Origin: Candidatus Bathyarchaeota archaeon
GTDB taxonomy: Archaea; Thermoproteota; Bathyarchaeia; Bathyarchaeales; Bathyarchaeaceae
Direction: 5' to 3'
Assembly: GCA_963697165.1 (NCBI GenBank)
Contig: CAVOMX010000008.1
Coordinates: 1 to 55,000, forward strand
DNA length: 55,000 bases
In this document: piece after piece, positions 20,900 to 31,492 of the stretch
How positions within the stretch are numbered: position 1 is the first letter of the stretch
Layout of the letters: each line of letters starts with the position of its first letter
Position numbers and translations under genes: made by a program
Notes under the pieces: model-generated
Told to the model about the DNA's origin: nothing
The model's database searches: none
Seen by the model: only the letters and a program-made list of their open reading frames with translations

Positions 20900-22099
20900 A
20901 TGTCGAGGTACTCCAGCGTTTTCAAGGACGAAAGCAAACTGGACATCAACTATGTTCCACAGCACCTACTCCACAGAAAAATTCAACTCAATCTGTTGAA
21001 CCAGTTTTTCCGTTTCGCCGTAGAGAACCCCGGAGGAATGACCCAACGCGCCCTGATTATGGGAAATATCGGAACAGGAAAAACTGTTCTCTCTCAGCGC
21101 TTTGGCTTAAATATTGTAAAAGAGGCAAAGGAACGCAACATCAACCTCAACTACATGCATGTTAACTGCCGCGAATGCAAAGGCAGCCTCTTTATGATTC
21201 TCCAACGTACAATCATGAAATTCTATCCCAACTTTCCTAGACGCGGCTATTCAGCGGAGGAGCTTCTGCAGGCGCTCATGCAAATGCTTGACGATAAAGA
21301 TGCTTATCTAATCTTGACCTTGGATGAGCTGGAGTCTCTTGTCCAGAATGAGGGCTCAGACCCCATCTACAACCTTTCCCGCATTCAAGAAGATCGCATT
21401 AATTCACCCAAAAGGTTGTCCCTCATTTGTATCCTCCGCCAACCTGAACACCTTGAAAACTTGGATCCAAGCACAAGAAGCACCCTTCAACGCAACATTA
21501 TACGACTGGAAGACTACTCAGAGTCTCAGCTAGAAGACATACTAGACGACAGAGTTAATCTTGCATTCAGGGACGGCATAATGCCATCTCAAACGATGGG
21601 GCTAATCGCTGAATTGGGAAAATCTGAAAGAGGAAACGCCCGCTACTCCATCGAGCTTCTCTGGCGAGCAGGCAAGTACGCTGACGCCTCGGAATTACGA
21701 GAGGTTACACCTGAGTGTGTCAGGAACGCGGTTGCCAGCGTCTATCCTGTTATACGAAAGGATTTGATTCCCGAATTCGGTTTGCACGAAAAACTGTTTC
21801 TTCTCGGTGTGGCGCGGCATTTCAAACAAACAGATTCTGCTTACGTTTCCATGGGTGAAGCAGAGGAAGCATATGCTCTTGCCTGCGAAGAGTACGGCGA
21901 AAAAAGTCGGGGTCACACTCAACTCTGGAAGTACGTCAAGGTGCTTTCTGCCACTGGAATAATCGAAACAATGGTTTCTGGAGTTGGGCAACGGGGAAAT
22001 ACTACGCTCATCGGCTTGCCTCGGGTTCCAGCATCTGATCTGGAGCAGGAGCTTGTTAAGATTTTGTCGCATGAAGATGGTGAGGCAAAATGGCGATAG
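20900..22099 (+). CDS. cdc6: Orc1/Cdc6 replication initiator
   Basis: YVP..LLHR, Walker A GNIGTGKT, HVNCR, Walker B LDE, GNAR sensor, C-terminal wHTH. Confidence 0.93.
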   Translation: MSRYSSVFKDESKLDINYVPQHLLHRKIQLNLLNQFFRFAVENPGGMTQRALIMGNIGTGKTVLSQRFGLNIVKEAKERNINLNYMHVNCRECKGSLFMILQRTIMKFYPNFPRRGYSAEELLQALMQMLDDKDAYLILTLDELESLVQNEGSDPIYNLSRIQEDRINSPKRLSLICILRQPEHLENLDPSTRSTLQRNIIRLEDYSESQLEDILDDRVNLAFRDGIMPSQTMGLIAELGKSERGNARYSIELLWRAGKYADASELREVTPECVRNAVASVYPVIRKDLIPEFGLHEKLFLLGVARHFKQTDSAYVSMGEAEEAYALACEEYGEKSRGHTQLWKYVKVLSATGIIETMVSGVGQRGNTTLIGLPRVPASDLEQELVKILSHEDGEAKWR

Positions 22100-22356
22100 A
22101 GGAGATTTTTTCGTCTAAAGGCAGGGTGAAAATTCTTAGAATCTTGTCCGAAATTGGGGAACTGAACATTTCAGAGATTGCTAGGCGAGCTGGATTAAAC
22201 TATGCTACCACAAATCAACACTTGCAGATTCTGGAGAACAACAAACTTGTTTGTCATAAGACGTTTGGAAGAATCCGCATCTTTCGTTATAACGAAGAAA
22301 ATCCTAGGGCAAGGATGATAAGGCAACTCATTGAATTTTGGGAAGAAACAAAATAA
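22090..22356 (+). CDS. ArsR-like wHTH regulator
   Basis: FSSKGRVKILRIL...NISEIARRAGLNYATTNQHL. Confidence 0.85.
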   Translation: MAIEEIFSSKGRVKILRILSEIGELNISEIARRAGLNYATTNQHLQILENNKLVCHKTFGRIRIFRYNEENPRARMIRQLIEFWEETK

Positions 22357-22397
22357 GACTAGACCACACAATTAGGGTAGGTGAAGTTTACGTGTCG

Positions 22398-22836
22398 ATG
22401 GTTGATGTTACTTCAAAACCTGAGGTTTACAGGGAAGCAAAAGCAAAAGGAGCTATCAATCTAAAACCTGAGACGATACAGCTGATTAGGGAAAGAAAGA
22501 TTGAGAAGGGTGACCCCTTTGAGGTAGCGAAGGTCGCCGGAATCTTGGCGGCGAAGAACACCAGTTCATTGATTCCCCTCTGTCACCCTTTACCATTAAC
22601 GGGAGTAGAGATAAAACTGAAGATAGTTGAGGGCTCCAAGGTGGAAGTGGAAACAACGGTTAAAACAAGAGCCCAGACTGGAGTAGAGATGGAGGCGCTC
22701 GCCGCAGCTGCAACAGCACTGCTAACTATCTGGGACATGACCAAACAGTACCGAAAAAGACGCTAACGGACAGTATCCAAGCACAAGCATCCAAGATCTG
22801 CATGTAGTCAATAAAGTCAAGGAGAAACAGGCATGA
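22398..22836 (+). CDS. moaC: Cyclic pyranopterin monophosphate synthase MoaC; frameshift near the 3' end
   Basis: MVDVTSK, LIPLCHPL, TGVEMEAL, IWDMTK. Confidence 0.92.
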
Positions 22837-23369
22837 GCGAATCCTCCCACAAACACAAAACTGAAACAGCAAAAAAACTCAACTTTGCAGTTATAGTTTC
22901 CAGTTCATCTCGCTACCTGAAACTCAAAGCAAGAGAGCCATTCACTGATCCCTCGGGAGACTTAATTGCTGAACTTGTAAAGAATGCGGGTCACGACGTG
23001 GCTTTTAGGGAGATATTGCCTGATGATCGGGTTCTGCTCGGAAAATATGTGGGAAATGCTGTTGGCTCAGAAGATGTAGATGCCATCATCGTGTGTGGTG
23101 GAACAGGAGTCAGCTTGACGGATGTGACAATTGAGACTGTGAGACCCATGCTCATTAAAACGTTGCCAGGGTTTGGCGAACTATTCAGGAAGCTGAGCTA
23201 CGACGAGATAGGTTCTGCAGCCATCATGACCAGAGCCTTAGCTGGAGTTACAGACCAAGGAAAGGCCGTGTTCTGTATTCCTGGTTCGCCGCAGGCAGTC
23301 AAGCTTGGCATGACAAAACTAATTCTGCCAGAAGCAAGTCACATACTGAAGCATGCCAAAGAAAAGTAG
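22833..23369 (+). CDS. moaB: MoaB/MogA-family molybdenum cofactor biosynthesis protein
   Basis: DPSG, ILPDD, GGTG...DVT.E, PGFGELFR, PGSP. Confidence 0.9.
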   Translation: MSESSHKHKTETAKKLNFAVIVSSSSRYLKLKAREPFTDPSGDLIAELVKNAGHDVAFREILPDDRVLLGKYVGNAVGSEDVDAIIVCGGTGVSLTDVTIETVRPMLIKTLPGFGELFRKLSYDEIGSAAIMTRALAGVTDQGKAVFCIPGSPQAVKLGMTKLILPEASHILKHAKEK

Positions 23370-23445
23370 CGACATCAGAGAGATACAAATAGGTTAATAT
23401 TGAATAATGACCACACGGATTATTTTGTTCAAGGAAGAAAGTATA

Positions 23446-23775
23446 ATGGAGTTTTGTCCTTCATGTGGAAAACGGATGGTCTTGAAGCGAATAAAGGACG
23501 TTGCCGTTTTTGTTTGTACAGGTTGTAATTGCCAAAAAACCACCAAAACATCTGCTGTTAAAACGGTTGTTCCTAAGAAGCCCCGAGAGACAATTGTGGT
23601 TATTGGAAAAGAAGATCAACAGTTGACACCTAACCCCACAACCAACGTCAAATGTCCAAAATGCGAAAATAATCTAGCTTTCACGTGGCAGGTGCAAACC
23701 CGTGCGGGCGATGAAGGAGCAACACAGTTCTTTAGATGCACCAAATGCAATCACACTTTCCGGCTCTACACATAG
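23446..23775 (+). CDS. tfs: Transcription factor S (TFS/RpoM family)
   Basis: Two Zn ribbons, FCPSC...CTGC and CPKC...QTRAGDE..T.FFRCTKC. Confidence 0.9.
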   Translation: MEFCPSCGKRMVLKRIKDVAVFVCTGCNCQKTTKTSAVKTVVPKKPRETIVVIGKEDQQLTPNPTTNVKCPKCENNLAFTWQVQTRAGDEGATQFFRCTKCNHTFRLYT

Positions 23776-23841
23776 CAGATGCTATGTTTTACTCCAAAAT
23801 CAAATTCCTATTCTATAGATTGTTAAGTTTGTCAACTTGGA

Positions 23842-24516
23842 ATGTTCAATTTAAGTGGCTCAACAGGTTCTATCTCAAGGCTTAAAACTGAAATCAGACA
23901 TAAGAATTGTTTAGGGGGAGCGCAAAGGTGTTGTTCTGCTTTGAATAAGGTTAGCCGTTCTGATAAGCATAAACAAACAATAACCCGAACTTTCCGACTT
24001 AGGCAGGAGTGGGACAGCGTTCTCCAGGAGGAGGCGGCGAGACAGGGAGTCAGTGTTAACGTTTTGTTGAACAAAATTCTCCGAAAATATTCTCTCTACT
24101 CTCGGTGGAATGAAAGAAATAATGATGTTAGTTTGTCCCAACAAACTCTTAGAGTGATTCTTAGCACTGTTCAGATTGAGAGGATGGCTGAAGCAGGAAC
24201 CAGATCAGGCGCTTTAGATGCCATAAACATCGTAAACTCTATGGGACTCGCAATGGATTATGAGTCTTTCATTTACTTGATTAGTGAACATCTTGGAGGT
24301 CCAGATTTTGCAAGTTGGTTCCACTGTTTCCATCACACTCAAGGAAACAAGGACATATTTCACCTGCAACATGACTTTGGTCACGGATGGAGCGTTTACC
24401 TCCAAAAATACCTCCTCTCTTTCCTGAGCTCCATGACAGACGTAGAAACTACAACAAAAATCTACGATTACGCAATAACCTTAGAAGTAACACGACCCAG
24501 ACAAAAACACACCTAA
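23842..24516 (+). CDS. RHH-domain regulator with C-terminal putative ligand-binding domain (copy 1)
   Basis: TRTFRL..EWD.VLQEEA..QGVSVNVLLNKIL; close paralog at 32385. Confidence 0.7.
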   Translation: MFNLSGSTGSISRLKTEIRHKNCLGGAQRCCSALNKVSRSDKHKQTITRTFRLRQEWDSVLQEEAARQGVSVNVLLNKILRKYSLYSRWNERNNDVSLSQQTLRVILSTVQIERMAEAGTRSGALDAINIVNSMGLAMDYESFIYLISEHLGGPDFASWFHCFHHTQGNKDIFHLQHDFGHGWSVYLQKYLLSFLSSMTDVETTTKIYDYAITLEVTRPRQKHT

Positions 24517-24585
24517 AAACAAAGAAGGAAAAACTGGAACAAATCATAGTATAATTTGGCAAATAAATAGCACTGTTGCCATGTT

Positions 24586-25200
24586 TCAAGCTCTCTCAAA
24601 ATTGGTTAGCATCTTGAAAATGTTGTCAATTCTCTCTTGGATCTCAAGACCGTTGAAAACAACTACGCCCATCCGATCTGCTATTAACTCGTAATTCTCA
24701 ATAGATTTTAGAGTAAACATGTTTTCTCGGGGATCATTCATCTGAATCAATCCCAATGTTTGGTCACTTGAACGCATGGGAATCAAAGCCACTGACTCGT
24801 AGCCACTGTAATGGCACATATTTCGTGTTCGACCCAGCTTCTCCGGTTCTAGGTTGGGCTTTAGAAGTTCCGTTGTGCTATTTGTCCAGAAACTTCCATT
24901 CTTCGTGAAGTATGGAAGCTTCGGATCAAATTGTCCGTTGAGCACTCTTCCGCACATACACTCCAGAAGATGTTTGCCGGTCCCATCGAGAATAGGTTTG
25001 CCTTGCGGGTCTTTTGCACAGACGCTATTTTCTTTAATAATAAAAAACTCTGGAAAACCTTCATGAATAAAGTATGGGTAGTCCCCATTGTTGTGCAGTC
25101 TGATGCCAATGCTTTGACAATCAGAAATGATACCAAGTTCCCCCAGAATTTCGGTTAAGACCTGTTTGAGAGCAGCAAAATTCTGTGTTTTTTCCAACAT
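24586..25200 (-). CDS. Stand-alone GAF-domain protein (copy 1)
   Basis: SIGIRL, LECMCG, GSFWTNST, GYESVALIP...GLIQMND; paralog at 33080. Confidence 0.8.
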   Translation of the reverse strand: MLEKTQNFAALKQVLTEILGELGIISDCQSIGIRLHNNGDYPYFIHEGFPEFFIIKENSVCAKDPQGKPILDGTGKHLLECMCGRVLNGQFDPKLPYFTKNGSFWTNSTTELLKPNLEPEKLGRTRNMCHYSGYESVALIPMRSSDQTLGLIQMNDPRENMFTLKSIENYELIADRMGVVVFNGLEIQERIDNIFKMLTNFERA

Positions 25201-25257
25201 TTCTTTGAGACTCCAATAAACTTTTTTAGTTACAGGGTAGGCAGTAATAAAATTTGG

Positions 25258-25294
25258 TGTTTACATTTGAATACACTGTGTTGCAGTGTAGACG
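25258..25294. promoter_or_regulatory. TGTTTACA/TGAATACA/TGTAGACG motif array upstream of GAF copy 1
   Basis: Conserved with 33755..33791; sits just upstream of the minus-strand TATA-like box. Confidence 0.55.
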
Positions 25295-25355
25295 TGTATT
25301 TTAACTGTAGTTTACGACAAAAATAATATTACAAGGTTATAGAAGGGGGGTTGTC

Positions 25356-25583
25356 GTGAGTAATTTTAGAGAAACAGGAAAGGCTCATAATAAGAATTTT
25401 GCAGAAGGCATGATGCAGGCTCCTGTGCCCTCAGAGGATTCATTATGGTTCCAGATTTTTTTCTTAACGAATGATCAGAGCGAAAGCGTCGAAGTATTAG
25501 AGACAGATACTATAGATTTTGAGGAGATCCTTCAGCACTTGACAATGGGAGAATCAGTTTTCATCAAACACAAAAAACAGTAA
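25356..25583 (+). CDS. Small hypothetical protein
   Basis: 75-aa ORF preceded by a G-rich RBS-like tract. Confidence 0.5.
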   Translation: MSNFRETGKAHNKNFAEGMMQAPVPSEDSLWFQIFFLTNDQSESVEVLETDTIDFEEILQHLTMGESVFIKHKKQ

Positions 25584-25657
25584 ATGCTTGAACAGCACTT
25601 GAGGGCAAACGAAAAAGAAGATAAAGCATCGTAATTCAATCGTTACTGATGAAAAAC

Positions 25658-25864
25658 ATGGCTGTGGTTGTTGTGAATTGGAATAGATGCAGCGACAAGG
25701 GTACCTGCATTAAGGTTTGTCCATTCGGGGTCTTTGAGCTTCAGGAAATCAAGGAACACCCAGAAACCGTTAAGGCGGTTCCTGTCAACGTGGAGAACTG
25801 AACCTTTTGCATGAAATGTATTCCGGCATGTATAGAACAGGGATTAACCATCACAAAAGACTAA
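25658..25864 (+). pseudogene. Dicluster ferredoxin with an in-frame TGA at the first Cys of the second cluster motif
   Basis: Translated by hand: MAVVVVNWNRCSDKGTCIKVCPFGVFE...VEN*TFCMKCIPACIEQGLTITKD; TGA at 25799-25801. Confidence 0.75.
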
Positions 25865-25889
25865 AAGCAATCTAAGTTTGTTTCTTTGT

Positions 25890-26639
25890 TTAGCTTATGT
25901 ATCTTGGTTCTTTTGATTTGTATCCTTCAGGGGCTCTGCGTTCCCTGATCTCGTCTAGCTTTTGTTCCATCTCGTCAGCTTGTTGTTCCAGCTCAGTCAG
26001 GTCTATCTTGAGGTCTAGAATGTTCATCAACGTGTTGAGAACGGCTTGAACTGATCTGGGCTGAGGGATATCTAAGTATCTTATCTCACAAAAGAGACAT
26101 ATTCCTTCCATCTCCCTCTGTTTGGCGATGCCGATTAGGAGTCCGTTTAGGCCCATGATTCTTCCATCCCCGCTGACTAACGGGATATCGTTCTCCTTCA
26201 AGAAGTCTTTGAGTTCAGGCTGGTTCACCACCCCAAAGACCCGCGGCTTCACATCCTGAGGATTGGGAACAGATGCAACAGTGTAGACCCGTTTTGCGCC
26301 AAACTCCTTAGCGACTTCCAAAACTTGGTTTGCCAGCTCATAAATATCCCTCAAGTTTTGGGGCTGAATTTCTCCACCACAAATTATCAGGTCACCTTGT
26401 TTTCTTTTGCTGTAGTAAAAGCGGTGCTTGTATTGGCTGATTTCTCCTATGCCATCCTTGAAGTAGATGTCGTTGCTTGGGCTGTGGATTTCAGCAAACT
26501 GTTTTGCGTTTAACTGTTGAATCAGGTAGTCAGCTGACATCCTAGCCAGCATACCCATTCCAGGCCATGCAGCGATTAATATCGGGTTTTTGAGTGAGGG
26601 CTTCTCCGTGAAATATACTTCCATATTCCAAATCTCCAT
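25890..26639 (-). CDS. PAC2-family (proteasome assembly chaperone-like) protein
   Basis: PILIAAWPGMG, EIQP, I.GLNGLLIG, DLTELEQQA, terminal RYIS. Confidence 0.85.
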   Translation of the reverse strand: MEIWNMEVYFTEKPSLKNPILIAAWPGMGMLARMSADYLIQQLNAKQFAEIHSPSNDIYFKDGIGEISQYKHRFYYSKRKQGDLIICGGEIQPQNLRDIYELANQVLEVAKEFGAKRVYTVASVPNPQDVKPRVFGVVNQPELKDFLKENDIPLVSGDGRIMGLNGLLIGIAKQREMEGICLFCEIRYLDIPQPRSVQAVLNTLMNILDLKIDLTELEQQADEMEQKLDEIRERRAPEGYKSKEPRYIS

Positions 26640-26796
26640 TGCAAAAAAAGCGTCTATAATTTAGAGTATTGACATAACTTATTAATTGTTCCCAACGTCT
26701 AATATTGAACATATATGGAATCTGCCTTCTTAATTGATATCGAATATTAAGGCAGTGTTAATAAATGATATAATTAATATCCCATTTTATGAGATA

Positions 26797-27632
26797 ATGG
26801 CATCTCCATTGCTGAAAAATGTCTCTGTACCCGAAAAAGTAGCTGAATGAAAAATTATTGTTTACAAGTCACGTATCGATCAAAAAGCAGCAAGACTAAC
26901 CGCCGAAAAATGAAGACCCAGCCTTTCCGCAAGCTTGTTTTCATGAAACCAAAACCTGAAGAAGTTCACGTTATTTCCTTCGACAAGTACTTCGAGCCTT
27001 ACGTAGTTGTTGACGGAGAATACACTTGAATACTCCAAGAACTGGAACAATAACATCCAAGTTGACGAGACAATCCAGGAATTAACATTTTTTGGCGAGA
27101 AGATAAAACCTACCACTTTAAAAGATCATCTTGCAATGCCCTGTAAAATAGTTAAGCTAAATGGAGAAGGTCGCTACAAGTTCGAGGCGAAGGCTCATCT
27201 TATCTTTGAAAACCAGTGGCGCGAGGTTGGGCTTGAACAGTTGCCTTTTGTGCCTTTCGAGGAGCAGCCTGAAAGGATTCTGAGAATGATTGATCAAAAA
27301 TTAGAAACAACATGATTACTGCAGGAAAAGAGCTGGAGCTTCTTAAATCAAAAATTGTCATCAGACTCAAAGAGATTTTGGGCATCCACAACGAATTGTT
27401 CAATGTTTCTGAGTGTGCATTAATTTAAAAGTCGATGTACAAGGTTACGGTCCAGAACCTTAAGACAAAAAAAGAGACAGCAATAATAATCGATGCGATC
27501 ACTGGAAAGACAAAAAAGTGTATTCACCAAGCTCCAACTTCTCTGAAGAAAGAACCAGCCAAAGAACCTGAAAAAACATTGATATCTACGAAAACTGCAG
27601 AAATCATCAGTCCCACAAAGAAAACTGAATAA
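26797..27632 (+). CDS. Hypothetical protein split into several frames
   Basis: Consecutive overlapping ORFs 26847, 27007 and 27435; ends with IIDAITGK. Confidence 0.45.
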
Positions 27633-27670
27633 ACCTAAATTAGCATACGAGCATTAATTTCTGTCGAACT

Positions 27671-28090
27671 TTGAGGTGTAGCTCGTTGATTTTACAGTTG
27701 CAGCACTGTCATATCGAGTTATTAAAGCAGGAAACAAAGAAGGTGAATCCAGTTGAAGCTTGTGCGATGCTCTTCGGAAAATTATCCCAAAATAAAGCAG
27801 TTGTAGAAAAAGTTGAGGTTACCCAAAACAGGTTAAGTTCCACTACACGGTTTGAGGTAGACCCCGCCAAGGTTGCTACAGCCATAACCGAGGCAGAAAA
27901 AGAGGGCTTAGAGTTCATTGGATTGTTTCATTCCCATCCAGCACCGGCAATGCCATCAACGATTGACCAAAAATTTATGCGGTTGTGGGGGGACGCCCTC
28001 TGGCTAATCTTATCTTCAACTGACGGCAACCTAGCAGCATACCAATTAATAGATCGCAGGGTAAAGGAAGCAACTATAAGGATCAAATAA
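27671..28090 (+). CDS. JAMM/MPN+ metalloprotease (desampylase-like)
   Basis: EACAML, FHSHP...PS.ID. Confidence 0.9.
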   Translation: MRCSSLILQLQHCHIELLKQETKKVNPVEACAMLFGKLSQNKAVVEKVEVTQNRLSSTTRFEVDPAKVATAITEAEKEGLEFIGLFHSHPAPAMPSTIDQKFMRLWGDALWLILSSTDGNLAAYQLIDRRVKEATIRIK

Positions 28091-28120
28091 CATCCTATTA
28101 CGAGCTGGGGGACTAACCGA

Positions 28121-29344
28121 TTGTTGTCTTCACTGAATGTTGTTATTGTCGGTAATGGTGTTGCTGGAGTAACTGCGGCAAGAATCATAAAAGAGAAAAA
28201 CCCAGAAACGCGGGTCTCCATTTACACAGACGAAAAAAGCCATTATTATCCTCGCCCCAGACTATACGAAGTTCTGTCAGGTGAGGCTAAACCACAAGAT
28301 GTCACAATGTTTTCTGAAGAATGGTACAGAAAGAATGGAATCATAGTTCAACTAAACAAGAAGGCGTTAAGCATCGACACAGAACACAAAGAACTGCTAT
28401 TACAAGATCAGACAAGGATAAAATATGACAAACTGTTGTTGGCAAACGGAGGGCACTGCTTTGTTCCACCAATCAAAGGCTCAGAAAAGAAGGGAACATT
28501 CACACTGCGCACAATCAGAGACGCTCTGACCATAAAAGAATTCACAACAAAAACAAAAAAAGCCATTATTATTGGTGGCGGGCTCCTAGGTTTAGAATTT
28601 GCTGCATCCTTACAAAAACTTGGACAACAAGTAACAGTTGTAGAGTTGTTCCCGAGGCTACTGCCAAGGCAACTAGACACTGATGGAGCATCAATCTTGA
28701 AGAACCACATAGCGTCTCGCGGCATAGAAATTGTTTTAGGCGCCAAAACCGCCGAGATTTTAGGCGAAAGCACAGTTTCTGGCATCTTGCTTGACAACGG
28801 AGAAACGATTCACGGAGACCTTGTCCTCTTTTCTGCCGGAATACGATCTAACATTGAATTGTCTTTGAAGGCTGGAATCAAAGCTAACCGAGGTGTAATT
28901 GTTGATGATCATCTGAGAACCAGCGCCGACAACGTATACGCGATTGGAGATGTGGCAGAATTCGAAGGAACAGTGTATGGCATAATCCCTGCTGCGATAG
29001 AACAAGCAAAGATAGCAACCGCGAACATAATGGGAGAGGAAAACAAAATATATACTGGGACTTTTCCATCCAACACACTAAAGGTAGTTGACATAGACCT
29101 GACGTCTATTGGAGTAGTCAACCCCGAAGACCCGAAGTATGAAGAAATCAAAGAAACAGATCAGAAAAAAGGCGTTTACAAAAAACTCGTTTTGGACAAA
29201 GGAAAAATAGTGGGAGCAATAATCGTAGGCGACAAAAAAAAGGTCTTGTTAATAAAGAGACTGATTGCTCAAGAAACAGACATAACCAAACACAAAAAAG
29301 CAATCCTCAGAGACAATTTTGACTACAAAAAAGAAACCGAGTAA
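28121..29344 (+). CDS. FAD/NAD(P)-dependent oxidoreductase (NADH:rubredoxin reductase / NirB N-domain-like)
   Basis: GNGVAG, YDKLLLANG, GGGLLGLE, YAIGD, YKKLVL. Confidence 0.9.
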   Translation: MLSSLNVVIVGNGVAGVTAARIIKEKNPETRVSIYTDEKSHYYPRPRLYEVLSGEAKPQDVTMFSEEWYRKNGIIVQLNKKALSIDTEHKELLLQDQTRIKYDKLLLANGGHCFVPPIKGSEKKGTFTLRTIRDALTIKEFTTKTKKAIIIGGGLLGLEFAASLQKLGQQVTVVELFPRLLPRQLDTDGASILKNHIASRGIEIVLGAKTAEILGESTVSGILLDNGETIHGDLVLFSAGIRSNIELSLKAGIKANRGVIVDDHLRTSADNVYAIGDVAEFEGTVYGIIPAAIEQAKIATANIMGEENKIYTGTFPSNTLKVVDIDLTSIGVVNPEDPKYEEIKETDQKKGVYKKLVLDKGKIVGAIIVGDKKKVLLIKRLIAQETDITKHKKAILRDNFDYKKETE

Positions 29345-29432
29345 CGTGACATCACTTTCCCACACGAAAGTTCATACGGTCACGCCAAAACAATCTTTTT
29401 CAGATCAAAGAGTGCAAAAAATATGGCAAATT

Positions 29433-30398
29433 TTAAGCTTCCTCAGCGTCCTCGACGCCTTTCTCCGTGATTTTGAAACGTGTTTTTTCTTCGGGAAGGT
29501 ATGGAGAGTCGATGACCGTGGCTAGTCTAGTCCCTTTTCCGCCTTTCCTAAGGTAAACTCGGTGTGTGGATGCATGTGCCATAACGTTTCCGCCTGCTGG
29601 TTTGTTTGGATCTCCAAAAAATGCTGTTGGATTAGCCTGAACCTGATTCGTAATCACGACTGAAATATTGTATGCTTCTGTTAGCCTCAGCAGCTTGTGA
29701 AGTTGGCTGTTAAGTTTCTGCTGGCGTTCGGCAAGGTGTTCTCTACCAACATATTCGCCTCTGAAGTGACCGATCATGGAGTCTACTACAACTAGTTTCA
29801 CGTTGTTTTCTGGACAGAATTTTAAGAGGTGTTCTGTCAGCAACTCTTGGTGGCTGCTGTTGTAAGCCCGAGCTAGAAATATGTTGTTCAATGTTTCGTG
29901 GGGGTCAAGTCCCAGCGATTCAGCTATCTGGAAAACACGTTCGGGAATAAATGTTCCCTCTGTGTCGATATACACTACTTTTCCGTTCAATCCTCCTTCT
30001 TCTTCTGGAAGCTGAACCCTAACACAGAGCGACAGACATATCTGAGTTTTACCTACTCCATACTCGCCTATGAGTTCGGTCATGGCTTGAGTTTCGATTC
30101 CACCGCCCATAAGCGCATTTAGGTTACTTGATCCCATGGAGCATCTTTGCATATCCTGCCGTTTTTTCCACAGATCCTCTGCAGTTATGAAACCCACACC
30201 CAGTTTTTCTCTGGCGGCGGATACAATGTTAAGGACAGTGTTGAATCCTATTCCCGTCTTTTCTGCTATGTCGTTGGGGGGAGTAACTGAAAGTGCTTCA
30301 GCTGTTGTGTAGCCCGCAGATTTCAGTTTGTTGGCTGTTGCGGGTCCAACGCCTGGAAGGTTTTTCAGATCATAATCTTCTGCCATTAATTTCACCAT
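29433..30398 (-). CDS. radA: DNA repair and recombination protein RadA
   Basis: N-terminal HhH LPGVGP, GEYGVGKTQ, YIDTEGTF, RQQKL, TNQV, GGNVMAH. Confidence 0.96.
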   Translation of the reverse strand: MVKLMAEDYDLKNLPGVGPATANKLKSAGYTTAEALSVTPPNDIAEKTGIGFNTVLNIVSAAREKLGVGFITAEDLWKKRQDMQRCSMGSSNLNALMGGGIETQAMTELIGEYGVGKTQICLSLCVRVQLPEEEGGLNGKVVYIDTEGTFIPERVFQIAESLGLDPHETLNNIFLARAYNSSHQELLTEHLLKFCPENNVKLVVVDSMIGHFRGEYVGREHLAERQQKLNSQLHKLLRLTEAYNISVVITNQVQANPTAFFGDPNKPAGGNVMAHASTHRVYLRKGGKGTRLATVIDSPYLPEEKTRFKITEKGVEDAEEA

Positions 30399-30661
30399 TA
30401 TTGTTAGATGTATGTAGTTCTTGCTGAGTTGTTTTAAGGTATCTGGCATAACGTATGACTGCAAAGAGGGGAGAGGTCAGTGAAAGTAATCCCAGTTTTT
30501 CAGAAACTTTCCCTAATATCCACTACACTAATCGAGGTGACTTCTATCTGGAAACAGAGACTACCAAAAAAGCAAACAACAAAAGACGTTCATATAAGGA
30601 TACTAATAATACTTCATTGTTGAAAGCAGTATTTTTTCTGAAAACAACAGAACCGAAAAAT

Positions 30662-30690
30662 TGGTGCAGTCGCCGGAATTTGAACCCGAG
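30662..30690 (-). repeat. Degenerate att site: copy of the tRNA-Gly 3' end
   Basis: TGGTGCAGTCGCCGGAATTTGAACCCGAG matches 37621..37649 at 25 of 29 nt. Confidence 0.85.
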
Positions 30691-31492
30691 TATCCGGTTT
30701 GGGAACACAATGTCCAGTTTGAATAGAGCCAAGTTTTGGAGTATCTTAATGTTAATGGCTATACTGAAAATACAATCAAAGACGTAATTCATTATTTGAA
30801 TAAATAGGGGTCAGATGTTTCTGATCCTCAGGATGTTATTTATTTGTTTAGTAAAGTTAAAACTGCAAAGCGTCACATGATACTTGCGTTTATGATTCTG
30901 TTGAATTACTGCGATATTTTAGGGTATAATGAGAATTACTTGAATAATCTGAAAGCGATTCCAAAGGTTAGTAGCGGTATTGATCTCGAGATTCCTTCCG
31001 AAAAAGAAATTTTGGATTCTCTGAATAAACTGGAAGATGTACCCCAGAGATATTTGGCGGTTTATAATCTGCTTTTCGATTCCGGGTTAAGGCTTATCAA
31101 AGGTGTTACTATGATTAATGAGTTCAAAGGAGCAGAAGAAATAAACGGTTTCTTCAGGTGCAATCTTGCTAAGTTCAAGGGAAACAGACCTGCTCATTAT
31201 GGCCACTTTTTCAGAGACAACACTTAAGCTGATTCAAGATGTCAAAGAAAAAATTGGGGTAAGAAATTCGGGTCACTATTTCACTAAAAGGGATTTTGTG
31301 CCCGCCAAATATTTGTGCAAATTCAGTTTTGACAAAATGATAGAGTCAGAAGTTCCGGAATCGATTGCTGATTTTATTCAAGGCAGGGTCCCGCGCAGAG
31401 TGGAAGCTAGACATTACATGGCTCTTGCATGACAAGCAAGTAAATTCTATCCACGATATTTGGAGTATGCAGAGAATCTACGAAGAGGCTAA
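30662..31492 (+). pseudogene. SSV1-type tyrosine integrase C-terminal fragment (intC), decayed
   Basis: Begins in the att (WCSRRNLNP); SGLR, KYLCKF (normally KYLRKF), FIQGR, HY; frameshifts and an in-frame TGA. Confidence 0.8.

Noticed and set aside
16396..28090. SAMP, JAMM, MoaB/MoaC and PAC2 as a single ubiquitin-like system locus
   Set aside because: The genes are scattered over 12 kb among unrelated housekeeping genes and no E1-like gene is present; this is an ordinary archaeal complement.
30662..30710. Possible second tRNA gene
   Set aside because: Only the T-arm and acceptor 3' half are present, with mismatches; treated as an att remnant.
30455..30792. ORFs 30455..30787 (+) and 30544..30792 (-)
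   Set aside because: They span the radA promoter and the att junction; chance read-through into the integrase remnant.
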